A program made the translations under genes and the position numbers. A stretch of 42,391 nucleotides of DNA from Myxococcota bacterium (GTDB lineage Bacteria > Myxococcota_A > UBA796 > GCA-2862545): assembly GCA_039208735.1 (NCBI GenBank), contig JBCCQY010000070.1, forward strand, positions 1-42,391, read 5' to 3'. Below the pieces are notes generated by a model. The model saw nothing but the letters and a program-made list of their open reading frames with translations, was not told the origin of the DNA and did not search any database. Positions 7,238 to 16,110 of this stretch are shown here, in pieces (the stretch's first letter is position 1; each line of letters begins with the position of its first letter).

Positions 7238-10200
7238 TCAGGGCGTATCCGGAAGCAATGGCGCCCATCCCACCAAGGGATCCGGGCCATTGCCAAACGG
7301 AGGTTGGCCCCTCCAGGCATCCCACTTGTGCTCCGTGATGTCATTGTCCGGCGCCTTCGGGTCGTCCTTACGGCCATGGTACAGCTTGTAGCCAACCACG
7401 TCACCACTCTCAGGGTCTCGTTGTACCGAGTGAACCACACCCATATGACGGATGCCGACACCGCGGGTGAACAACGGTTCCTTGCCGTATTTCTCTGTGA
7501 AGTATTTCCCGGACTTGGCGTACCAGAGCACCATGCCTGGCTTGATAGTGTTGCGGAAGGCCTCGAGAGCGGATGACGCGTTGGTCAGGCTCTGCTTGTT
7601 GTCGTGGTACAGCGGCGTGAACAGTCCCTGCTTGTCGTACCAGCGCGCGGTGCCTCGCGTGTCTCGTGCTTCGTAGTTCTTGCCATCAGCCGTCCACTTT
7701 TGGTGGGTGCCCTGGAAGACGTTCTGCTTGCCCGGCGGGTTTTTCCACGGCACGACGCCTTCCGAGGCCGCGAGGTACGGCCGCGCATCGACACACTGGT
7801 TGGCGACTTCGCTCGAGACCCGCAAGAAGTTGCCCGAGCAGTCCCGAAGCTGGTCTCCGCCCGTTTTGTCCTGCGTGTAGGGAATCTCGATCGCAGCCAT
7901 GTCTTCGAGAATGGGCTGGAGCAAGGTCGACAGGGCCATGGTTTCGCCGTTGCACTTCGCGTACAGCTCGTTCGGGTCCCGCTCGATGCGCGCGGGGGTT
8001 TCGACCGCCGCCGTTGCATCATCGCCGTCTTCCGTGGTCGCGGCCTGTTGCCCGGAAACTGGGGTTTCGGGAGTGACCACCGTGTCAATGCCCTCGGGCG
8101 GCGGCGGACGCAGGTAGCGTTCCGCGACCCACTCGAGCGGGCTGTCGAACGACAGCGTTCCGTAGAGCAGGAACGTCGCGGGAATGAAGGCAATGGCGAA
8201 CACCCACTCGCCTCGGGCGATCATGGCGTTCGAGAGTCGGCCCATGAGCAGGTTGACCAACACCGTCTTGATGATGAGCACGAACAGCAACAGGTAGGCG
8301 ACCATGAAGTACTGATCTGCGCGCATCAGGTAGCCGACGCTCGGCAGATCCTCGCCCTGCGCCAAGTGGAACACGACCACCGACAACAGGGCGGTCATGA
8401 CCAAGGTGAGTCGCGCGTCGAACTGGGACGGAGGAATCAGCACGACGAACAGGCTGATGCCGATCATGATGGCGAGCGGCAAGAACAGGGTGATCAAGTA
8501 GGGAAAGAGGATGCGGTCGAGCACGATCTCGGTGTGGTAGACCGAAAACTCGCTGCGGCTCGCGAGACCTTCGTAGGCGGGGTCACCGTAGGTGGTCGTC
8601 GGAGCGTAGGTCGCCGAAGCGTCGCGCCGGCCCACATACGACCATTCTTCTGGGTAGATCGCGCGAATCTCTTCCTGTGAGAGCCGGTCGTAATCCACGA
8701 CGAGCATCAGATCGCGGCTGTCGAGGGTGGCGTGGGACAGCTCGACGGGCAGGCGCTGCTGGTCGAAGGGAAAGTCGTGCAGGTCGAACGGTGTGAGAAA
8801 CCGGCCTTTCACCTTGTAGCAGATGTACTTGACGGGACTCTCAAGGTCCTGCCGAACCACCTGGAAGAAGGAGTCTTCCGTGTTGATCTGATTCAGGAAG
8901 GTGATGTTGTCGATGTCGACGTCGCCTTGCCACCGGAACCAGAGGAACAGCTCGACGTCGAAGGCCTGGCTGGCCACATCCACTTCGTTGACCCGGAAGA
9001 AGTCGATGCCCGCGTAAACCACGGCGGTGCGGTGGTAGAGGCGCTGCCCCACCTTGACGGTGCGGCCGGTTGCCATCTCGACGGGGGTTTGCACATCGTT
9101 GCGAGCGCGACGTCGGGCCCGCCGTCGATTGTTCGGCTCGGGTTCGGGCTCTTCGGCGGCCTCTTCGTCGTCGGAATGGCTCGCCTTCCACAGTTCGCGT
9201 GGGTCGACGATGGGCCGAAGCTGCGAGTAGGCTGGGCGGAACCGGCCTCGATCGAGCACCAACATCCAAGGATCGCGCTGCGCCACGCCATCCACATCGA
9301 AGTACAGCAGCCCCGACAACCCCTCGACGGCTTGGTCTGCGAACTGACGGCTCGCCAGATCCGAGGCGATCGCTTCTCCGGTCACTGAACCAGGTGATTC
9401 CTTGGCTTTTTCGGTCTCACGAACATCCCGTACGCCGGCCGTCGCAAGTTCGAGGGCTTCGTAGAGCAGCACGGCGTCGGTGCCTGGGGTTCCATCGAAA
9501 CGACGCGCGAAGCCACGGGCCCGAACATTGGCAAAGTCAGCCGAGTAGGTCGTGATCGCAAACACGTCCGCCGCTTCGCGTCCTGCCTCGGCAACAAACG
9601 CGTCGGTGGCCATGGCCTCGGTGCCAAAGATGGGCAGCGTGATGCCTGCGTCCCGCAGTCCGGTCACCGCCTTGCCGCTGTCCTCACCGTCGCCAAGCAC
9701 GACGACGGCCCCGACCCCGAGTTTGCGGTCGATGGCAGACTCGGTGCGCGCACCAAACAACCGCTGAAAGCGTTGGGCTCGCCGGTTGATGCGAGGAGCC
9801 CGGTCAAACTCATTGAAGCTGCTCGCGAGGAACGCCCGATCCGGAGCGCTGTCCCATCCCGCGTTGACCGGCACCTGCAGGCCTACCGCCTCGGCGGTGG
9901 CCTTGACGATGTTGGCGTACTCGGCTTCCGAGTTGTCGAAGATGAGCCCGATCGACTGCACGCCGTTGATCGCCTTGAGGTAGGCCACAAGCCGTTCGGC
10001 GCGGCGACTTAGGGTCGCGTTGGACACGAAGACCCCGCTCCCCATCCGAGCGACGTCCGCCGAGTCTGCGTTGGACGCGATCATGGGGATTTTGGCGGCC
10101 TTGAGGGCGGTGGCGGTCGCTTCCGCTGCGGCATCGTCTGTCGAATGGGCGACGACGGCAACCACCGAGTTGGCCTCGGCATCTGCGGCGTCCGCGACCC

Positions 10201-10360
10201 GCTTCACGGTCACGTCCGGGTGGTCGGTCTGGAACAGATCCACCGTCTGGTTGAAGGCCGGATCGTCTGGGGCGATCACGCCAATCGTTTGGCCCCAAGC
10301 GGGTGAGGCGTAGATTCCAACGATCCACGCCAACCATACGCGCATCCACCACCCTGTCAT
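7238..10360 (-). CDS. Multidomain pentameric ligand-gated ion channel: periplasmic binding protein type I + pLGIC ECD/TMD + NlpC/P60-like domain
   Basis: Signal peptide. LivJ-like segments (VVAVVAHSTD, IPMIASNA, LYEALEL, GLSGLLYFD). pLGIC motifs FLWFRW, FDLHDFPFDQQ (8762-8773), R-x4-Y-x5-LP M1, M2 RLTLVMTALLSVVVF, LPSVGY loop, M3, M4. C-terminal PY..DCSG..PGMVLWY..RHMGVV..YH. Confidence 0.88.
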   Translation of the reverse strand: MTGWWMRVWLAWIVGIYASPAWGQTIGVIAPDDPAFNQTVDLFQTDHPDVTVKRVADAADAEANSVVAVVAHSTDDAAAEATATALKAAKIPMIASNADSADVARMGSGVFVSNATLSRRAERLVAYLKAINGVQSIGLIFDNSEAEYANIVKATAEAVGLQVPVNAGWDSAPDRAFLASSFNEFDRAPRINRRAQRFQRLFGARTESAIDRKLGVGAVVVLGDGEDSGKAVTGLRDAGITLPIFGTEAMATDAFVAEAGREAADVFAITTYSADFANVRARGFARRFDGTPGTDAVLLYEALELATAGVRDVRETEKAKESPGSVTGEAIASDLASRQFADQAVEGLSGLLYFDVDGVAQRDPWMLVLDRGRFRPAYSQLRPIVDPRELWKASHSDDEEAAEEPEPEPNNRRRARRRARNDVQTPVEMATGRTVKVGQRLYHRTAVVYAGIDFFRVNEVDVASQAFDVELFLWFRWQGDVDIDNITFLNQINTEDSFFQVVRQDLESPVKYICYKVKGRFLTPFDLHDFPFDQQRLPVELSHATLDSRDLMLVVDYDRLSQEEIRAIYPEEWSYVGRRDASATYAPTTTYGDPAYEGLASRSEFSVYHTEIVLDRILFPYLITLFLPLAIMIGISLFVVLIPPSQFDARLTLVMTALLSVVVFHLAQGEDLPSVGYLMRADQYFMVAYLLLFVLIIKTVLVNLLMGRLSNAMIARGEWVFAIAFIPATFLLYGTLSFDSPLEWVAERYLRPPPPEGIDTVVTPETPVSGQQAATTEDGDDATAAVETPARIERDPNELYAKCNGETMALSTLLQPILEDMAAIEIPYTQDKTGGDQLRDCSGNFLRVSSEVANQCVDARPYLAASEGVVPWKNPPGKQNVFQGTHQKWTADGKNYEARDTRGTARWYDKQGLFTPLYHDNKQSLTNASSALEAFRNTIKPGMVLWYAKSGKYFTEKYGKEPLFTRGVGIRHMGVVHSVQRDPESGDVVGYKLYHGRKDDPKAPDNDITEHKWDAWRGQPPFGNGPDPLVGWAPLLPDTP

Positions 10361-10414
10361 CGCACGCTCCTGCTCTTCGTGGGCGTGCACGGTAGCGCGG
10401 CGCGCGTGGAGGGG

Positions 10415-11821
10415 TCAGCGAGGCGCTTGGAACGGGTCTCTAGGCCCGGGGAGGTGGGCCGAACGGTCGCGCGGAATGCGATACCTCTCGAGAATTCGTG
10501 GCATCGCTTTCGCCACTTCGGAAGGATCGAACACGGCAACGCCGCGTCGCGTGGTGACGATCTCAACCACGTCGGTTGCCGAATCCACCAGCTCGACGAA
10601 GTGCGCCATGTCGCGGGGCAGGGTGCCATTTACCGACAGCACCGCCTCGTCGTAAAGGGGCGCGTAGCCGACGTTGATATCGTCAGCGAGAATCTGTGTA
10701 AGCACCACGATTTCTTGCCGCTGACCGGTTCGGGTACCGATGTAGTACTCATTCAAAAACTCGGTTGGGGCGTTGTTCCACCACCGATCCCAAGTCGTCA
10801 GGAAATTCCTCGTGAGACGCTGGAAAACCAGCCCTCCGTAGATGAACCAGGTGGGTTCGACGCCGTACACGGACCGAGGCACGAGGTCGACGCGGGGCCG
10901 CAGGGTGACGGTTTCCTGACGGGCCTGACCGTCTCGCCACACCGTGACGGCAAGGGCGTCCCCCAGATGATGTTCACCGAGAACCACGGAAAACCGTGTA
11001 CGGTAACGGCCGCGATACTGGACCGTCCCGTTGTTGGCGATGGCCAGTCCGTCGATGCCGACGAGCACATCGTCGGCCTGCAACACCCCGTCCGCCGACG
11101 AGCCATAGGCCACCTTGGTGATCAACACGCCAGACTGGCCTTCCGGAAGGCCTCGCCGTCGCCGTAGCTCGGGATTCTCGAGATTCTGGGTATAGATGCC
11201 CAAACCAGGGATCGCGGGCTGCCGGCCTTGTTCGACAGCGTCGAGAAACAGCCGCACCAAGGGCATGGGGACGAGTTCGCCGATGTTCTCGGCGTCCGCG
11301 AGGGACTGGAAGGCCACACCGACCATGCGGCCGTCGATGAACGCGGGGCCACCGCTGTTGCCATTGTTGATGGCGGCATCGACCGTGACCGCGAGGAGAC
11401 GGCGCTGGCTGTGGGTGTAGCGTTGCACCTCGATGCGGGAGACCACCCCCTCGGTGACGCTGATCTCTTCTCCGCCCACAGGAAAGCCAAGCACCGAAAC
11501 CTTGTCCCGCAGCTCCGGCAGGTCTCCCAACACCACGGGCTCGGTGTTGGCCGTCAGATCCACATCGGGTACCTCGAGCAACGCCAGGTCGCTGTCGTGG
11601 CATACGGCGATCACACGCGCCACCGGCTTGTCAGGGACCGCAATCTGCTGGATTTGCAGGAACGTGGCGTTGGCAATGACGTGGGCGCCCGTAAGCACGC
11701 GGTGGGGACCGAGAATCACGCCCGAGCCCGTGCTCCGCGACGGAGACTTGGCCTGCCACGGAGATTCGTAGTCGTGATCCTGTGTGGTCGCGAAGATCTT
11801 CACGACGGGCGGGGCATGCAC
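10415..11821 (-). CDS. HtrA/Deg-family (S1C) serine protease with PDZ domains
   Basis: GSG, LTGAHV, DSDLALL, AAINNGNSGGP triad motifs plus PDZ; GTG start at 11821 after GGAGG (start uncertain). Confidence 0.9.
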   Translation of the reverse strand: MHAPPVVKIFATTQDHDYESPWQAKSPSRSTGSGVILGPHRVLTGAHVIANATFLQIQQIAVPDKPVARVIAVCHDSDLALLEVPDVDLTANTEPVVLGDLPELRDKVSVLGFPVGGEEISVTEGVVSRIEVQRYTHSQRRLLAVTVDAAINNGNSGGPAFIDGRMVGVAFQSLADAENIGELVPMPLVRLFLDAVEQGRQPAIPGLGIYTQNLENPELRRRRGLPEGQSGVLITKVAYGSSADGVLQADDVLVGIDGLAIANNGTVQYRGRYRTRFSVVLGEHHLGDALAVTVWRDGQARQETVTLRPRVDLVPRSVYGVEPTWFIYGGLVFQRLTRNFLTTWDRWWNNAPTEFLNEYYIGTRTGQRQEIVVLTQILADDINVGYAPLYDEAVLSVNGTLPRDMAHFVELVDSATDVVEIVTTRRGVAVFDPSEVAKAMPRILERYRIPRDRSAHLPGPRDPFQAPR

Positions 11822-11893
11822 GTCCACCTCCAAGCGACCCCGGTAATGTTTGAGGCCCTCGCTGGTCCAGGGAGGAAACGTGTTGGAGAACGC

Positions 11894-13063
11894 ATGGCCG
11901 AGGGTCAAAGACCGCTTCCACTCATTGTTCTGACGTTGTTGGTGGCGGCCCAGTTTGCGGGCACCTGTCCGTGGTTCGCAGGCAACGCGGTGCTCCCCGA
12001 ACTCGAGCGCGACCTTGAGATCGTCGGATCGGTCGCGTTTACAACGTCGGCCGTGCAGTTTGGCTTCATCTGCGGGACCCTTCTGCTCGCCATTTCGGGG
12101 CTCACCGATCGATGGTCGGCGAGTCACGTTTTCGCGGGATCCGCATTGGGGGCGGCGGCGACGAACCTGGGCCTGCTGTGGGCCTACGACGGCACATCGC
12201 TTGCACTGTGGCGCTTTGGAACTGGTCTATTCTTGGCCGGCGTCTATCCGGTTGGCATGAAGCTCGCGGCGAGCCATGCGGATCCCGAGAAGGGTGGATT
12301 GGGAGCGGCGCTTGGCTTTCTCGTTGGCGCACTCGTGCTCGGCACCGCGTTTCCGCACGGCCTGCGGGCCTTGGGCGAAGTGCTGCCATGGCGCGTGACC
12401 ATCCTCGTGACCTCGGGACTGGCGGCCGTGGCGGGGATTGGCCTTTACCTCACGGTGAGCGACGGCCCCTACTTGTCGAGCGGCCAACCCCGTGCGCTCA
12501 AACCAGGGGCGGTCTTCACGGCGTTCCGAGATCCCCCGTTTCGGGCCGCGGCCCTTGGCTATTTCGGGCACATGTGGGAGTTGTACACGGTGTGGGCCCT
12601 CGTGCCTGCCATCTTGTTGGCTCACGATCCGGAACTGAACCCCAGCCCAGGGGCCTTTGCGATGATCGCGGCGGGAGCCGTGGGGTGCGCGGTAGGGGGA
12701 CTGGTGGCCTCTCGGCTAGGAAGTCGCCGTGTGGCCTGGTTGAACTTGGTCAGTTCGGCCGCCCTTTGCGCCACGGCGCCCCTATGGTGGCAGCTTCCCA
12801 CCCCGATCGTGTTCGTCCTGTTGTTGACCTGGGGGTTCGTCGTGGTGGGCGATTCGCCACAGCTCTCTGCGCTTACGGCGCAGACCGCGCCCCGTGAACT
12901 GGTCGGGTCGGCACTCACGATGGTCACGTGCATCGGATTTGCCTTGACCATCGTGAGCCTCGCGGTCACGTCCCTCCTTCCGTTTGAGTGGGCGTTTCCC
13001 GTGCTCGCTTTAGGCCCGCTGCTCGGGGCGTGGGTGCTCCGCGGTGAGGCTCAACCTGCTTGA
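11894..13063 (+). CDS. MFS transporter
   Basis: About 12 hydrophobic helices; GLTDRW, RFGTG, YPVGMK, GHMWELY, DSPQ motifs. Confidence 0.9.
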   Translation: MAEGQRPLPLIVLTLLVAAQFAGTCPWFAGNAVLPELERDLEIVGSVAFTTSAVQFGFICGTLLLAISGLTDRWSASHVFAGSALGAAATNLGLLWAYDGTSLALWRFGTGLFLAGVYPVGMKLAASHADPEKGGLGAALGFLVGALVLGTAFPHGLRALGEVLPWRVTILVTSGLAAVAGIGLYLTVSDGPYLSSGQPRALKPGAVFTAFRDPPFRAAALGYFGHMWELYTVWALVPAILLAHDPELNPSPGAFAMIAAGAVGCAVGGLVASRLGSRRVAWLNLVSSAALCATAPLWWQLPTPIVFVLLLTWGFVVVGDSPQLSALTAQTAPRELVGSALTMVTCIGFALTIVSLAVTSLLPFEWAFPVLALGPLLGAWVLRGEAQPA

Positions 13064-13359
13064 CGGTCCGCGGCGGCCGGGAGGGCGGCCTGGTGAATGG
13101 CCATGCCGAGCTGCATGGCTTGTTCGGCGGTGAAGAACCATTCGGAGGATTCGTCGATAAGCCACTGCTGGACTTCTTCGTCGAACCACCAGCAACACCG
13201 GCTCACCACGACCCCGTCCCCATCCCGTCGGGTCTCGAAGATGTCGTAGCGAGCTTCGTCGATGACATCGACGTGCACCACGAGCGCGCAGTTGCGGCCC
13301 ATCGCCGCTCGTAGTGCCGGCGGCAGGGCGCCGATACGTACTCGCCTGGTCTCGTTCAA
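13051..13359 (-). CDS. Hypothetical protein
   Basis: 102-aa ORF filling the gap, with globular-looking composition; start uncertain. Confidence 0.55.
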   Translation of the reverse strand: MNETRRVRIGALPPALRAAMGRNCALVVHVDVIDEARYDIFETRRDGDGVVVSRCCWWFDEEVQQWLIDESSEWFFTAEQAMQLGMAIHQAALPAAADRQAG

Positions 13360-13557
13360 CGACTTCCCCGATTGCTCCGAACATCGAAGCGCGGCCGACC
13401 CATCCGAGGAAAGGTATACGCGACGCGCTCTGCCTTGTCGATCTTGACGGTGTCCGGGTTGGTCACAATCGGTTCATCGTTCCGCTTCCCCGCCAACGCC
13501 GGTGCGATGTCACGGTTGAGGCGCTACGGCTCTTCAGTCGATCAGGAGGAGAGCGGG

Positions 13558-14010
13558 ATGCGCATCGCGGTGTGCTCGGATGAGCCCTACCCAGTTCACG
13601 AGGTTGTGATCGGCGAATTGGAAACCCGGGGGCATCAGGTGCTCCGGCTGGGGGCCATTGCCGATGGGCAGGAAACGCCCTTTGCATCGCTTGCCGAAGC
13701 GGCGGCCCTTCGGATTGTTGAAGGAGACTGCGACGAAGGGGTCTTCTTCTGCTGGACAGGGACCGGGATCAGCATCGCGGCAAACAAGGTCCCGGGCATC
13801 CGTGCGGCGTTGTGTGGCGATGCACCGACCGCGGCGGGAGCCAGAGTGTGGAATCATGCAAACGTGCTTTGTCTGTCGAACCGCAGCCTCTCGGGCGATG
13901 TCGCCAAGGAGATCGTCGCAGCGTGGCTCGAAACCGATCCCGGTTCGCAAGGGGCCTCGGGCGTCGAGGAGCTGAATCAGGTGGACCTTCGGTGGCGGCG
14001 TTCCGAGTGA
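13558..14010 (+). CDS. rpiB: RpiB/LacA/LacB-family sugar-phosphate isomerase
   Basis: AGGAGG RBS; MRIAV.SD, CWTGTGISIAANKVPGIRAAL, ARVWNHANVLCL. Confidence 0.9.
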   Translation: MRIAVCSDEPYPVHEVVIGELETRGHQVLRLGAIADGQETPFASLAEAAALRIVEGDCDEGVFFCWTGTGISIAANKVPGIRAALCGDAPTAAGARVWNHANVLCLSNRSLSGDVAKEIVAAWLETDPGSQGASGVEELNQVDLRWRRSE

Positions 14011-15053
14011 GTGGAGGATGGCCCGAGCGAATGGAAGAAGCGATGGCTGCGGCGGAGGGGCTCGTCGACCCCGCTCCGTTGCACGCCGCTCTCGGCTGGC
14101 TTCAGGACCCCTGGCGCATCGTCGTGTTTGGTCGTGTCGCGGCGGGCAAGACGACATGGCTCAACGCCATCACCGGCACTTCGGCGCCCACCGGTCTGGG
14201 GGGGGTGACCGAGGCGTCGGTCGAGATCGATGGGGGCGGGCGCATCTACGTCGATACGCCAGGCATCGACAATCCGGATCATGCGGTGCTCGAGCTGCAG
14301 CCCTTGATGGACACCGCAGACGCGGCGGTGTGGATCGTCGATGGGCTACAGCCGTTGACCGCCTCGGAGCGTGATGTTGCGAACGTCGTACTGAGCGACG
14401 CCAACCTGTCCATCATCGTGACCAAGATCGACCTGGTCGAGGACCACGACCGAAAAGCGGTCCTCGCCCGGATTCGAGACCTGTCCGAGCCGTTGTCGCC
14501 CACGATCATTCGTGCGATCAACGCCCGCGAGGAAAAGCCTCTACCGGGTCTCCCGGGGCCTCCGTCGGACCTGTCACCCCGACGTCGACGCATTCTCGCC
14601 GATGCGGTGGGTGCGATGCGGGCTGCGATGCCGTCGCCACCGCCCCGTCGCGAGGATGTTGAAGCGGCCTGGGCGGGCGCGGTTCGCACGCAGGTGCAGG
14701 AGGTCGAAGCGGCGATCGATCGCGAGGCGATCCACCAGCCGAGTGAGGCGCTTCGGGCCTTGAGGGAACGTTCCGAGCCGGCCCTGCGGGCCTTGCGACA
14801 AGCGTTTCCTGGCTGGCTGCTGCCTTTGGTCCCTGGTCCTGACACCCTGACCGGTCCGCTGACCACGTCGGGTCCCGATGCCGCTCGTCGGGTGCTCACC
14901 GCGGTGGCTGCACGGTGGCTCGCCGAAGGGCAGCTCGCGTTGCGCGAATGGTGGGTGGACGCCCCCGAGCCCGCGGAGGCCCACGCGCGGTACCGACGGC
15001 TGCGGGATGCGCTCGACGCGCTCGATGCGCTGGCCCACCTACGGGATGGATGA
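14007..15053 (+). CDS. TRAFAC GTPase (Era/dynamin-like) with helical C-terminus
   Basis: G1 GRVAAGKT, G2 T, G3 DTPG, G4 TKID; GTG overlaps the rpiB stop (GTGA). Confidence 0.8.
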   Translation: MSGGWPERMEEAMAAAEGLVDPAPLHAALGWLQDPWRIVVFGRVAAGKTTWLNAITGTSAPTGLGGVTEASVEIDGGGRIYVDTPGIDNPDHAVLELQPLMDTADAAVWIVDGLQPLTASERDVANVVLSDANLSIIVTKIDLVEDHDRKAVLARIRDLSEPLSPTIIRAINAREEKPLPGLPGPPSDLSPRRRRILADAVGAMRAAMPSPPPRREDVEAAWAGAVRTQVQEVEAAIDREAIHQPSEALRALRERSEPALRALRQAFPGWLLPLVPGPDTLTGPLTTSGPDAARRVLTAVAARWLAEGQLALREWWVDAPEPAEAHARYRRLRDALDALDALAHLRDG

Positions 15054-15620
15054 CGCTCGAACCAGTCGCTCTTTGAGGTGGTGCCGCTGCCAGGCAAGCA
15101 TGTCGGTTTCGACCCGTTTGTCGCGGCCATTCCAGATTGTCGCGCGGACGAGATCGACGGCGTACTTCGCGACCGCCTGGGGAACGGAAGGGGACGGCGA
15201 CATCGACATCGCGTTCTGCATGAGGAGTTGGGGTGAGTGCGACACCCCCCATGGCGTTTCCCGAAGGGTCCGATCATCGATGGCGCCCCGAAGCCATCGG
15301 CGCTTCATCTCCAACGCGGCCGTCCAGGATTCACGGTGATGGGGCTCGGTGATGGCCAACACTTGCGCGGCGAAGTCACACGCGATGTCGTGCGACACCT
15401 TGGGCGGCAGGATGCCAAGGACGCGCCGTATGCGCTTGTCATCAGACCCGGGACGCAACGGCTCGGCGTTGCTGCCCTGCAGCAGGTCCGACAACACCCA
15501 AACCGATCGCGGCTCAGCATCCAGGTAGGCGCACAGGATGTCGGCCCACATGGCATCGACCCGTCGACCCATCGGGGCACGCACCTTGGCGAAGCGACGG
15601 TAGCGGCGACGATCTTCCAT
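15039..15620 (-). CDS. Hypothetical protein, Imm5-like helical domain
   Basis: ACDFAAQVL...ALEMKRRWLRG resembles the Imm5-like pattern (A.DCAE.VL...A...R.W..G). Confidence 0.55.
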   Translation of the reverse strand: MEDRRRYRRFAKVRAPMGRRVDAMWADILCAYLDAEPRSVWVLSDLLQGSNAEPLRPGSDDKRIRRVLGILPPKVSHDIACDFAAQVLAITEPHHRESWTAALEMKRRWLRGAIDDRTLRETPWGVSHSPQLLMQNAMSMSPSPSVPQAVAKYAVDLVRATIWNGRDKRVETDMLAWQRHHLKERLVRASSIP

Positions 15621-15723
15621 GCATCGAGGTAGTCCAGTGGCTCATTTCCGCCCAGCCTGACCGAGACTTGCGTCACCTTTGGGGGAGCTGCGTCTTGGGG
15701 GGAGAGACCGAAAGGAGGCTCTC

Positions 15724-16110
15724 ATGAATCGAATCCATGTGTCGCTGCGAACCGCCGATCTGGAAGCCACGACCGCCTTCTACACGAAAATGTTCGGAGT
15801 TGGGCCCGACAAGGTCCGCGATGGCTACGTCCGCTTTGCTCCCGAGGCGTTTCCCATTGTGCTGTCGTTGCAGCCGGGGGAGGTCGATGTCGATCACTTC
15901 GGCTTGCGCGTAGAAGCCGAACAAACGGACATCACCTTTGGTGCATTGGCCGCGGCGGGACTGCCCGTCAATCCGGCTACCGACGTGGTGTGTTGCCACG
16001 CCAAGAAGGACGAGACCTGGCTCCGAGACCCGGATGGACGAGCCTGGGAGGTCTACGCGGTGACCGACGAAGCACCGGAGGCCGAGCCGTCCAGAGCGTG
16101 CTGCGCATGA
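15724..16110 (+). CDS. ArsI/CadI-family VOC metalloenzyme
   Basis: AGGAGG RBS; HVSLR..DL....FY, DHFGL, vicinal CC in VVCCHA, WLRDPDG..WEVY, terminal CC. Confidence 0.88.
   Translation: MNRIHVSLRTADLEATTAFYTKMFGVGPDKVRDGYVRFAPEAFPIVLSLQPGEVDVDHFGLRVEAEQTDITFGALAAAGLPVNPATDVVCCHAKKDETWLRDPDGRAWEVYAVTDEAPEAEPSRACCA

Noticed and set aside
11228..11893. Long N-terminal extension of the MFS ORF (and the reciprocal extension of the protease to 12127)
   Set aside because: Extensions overlap the opposite gene; RBS-supported starts exist at 11894 and about 11821.
13444..13469. TTGACG...CACAAT sigma-70-like promoter for rpiB
   Set aside because: Spacer is 14 bp, outside the usual 16-18 bp.
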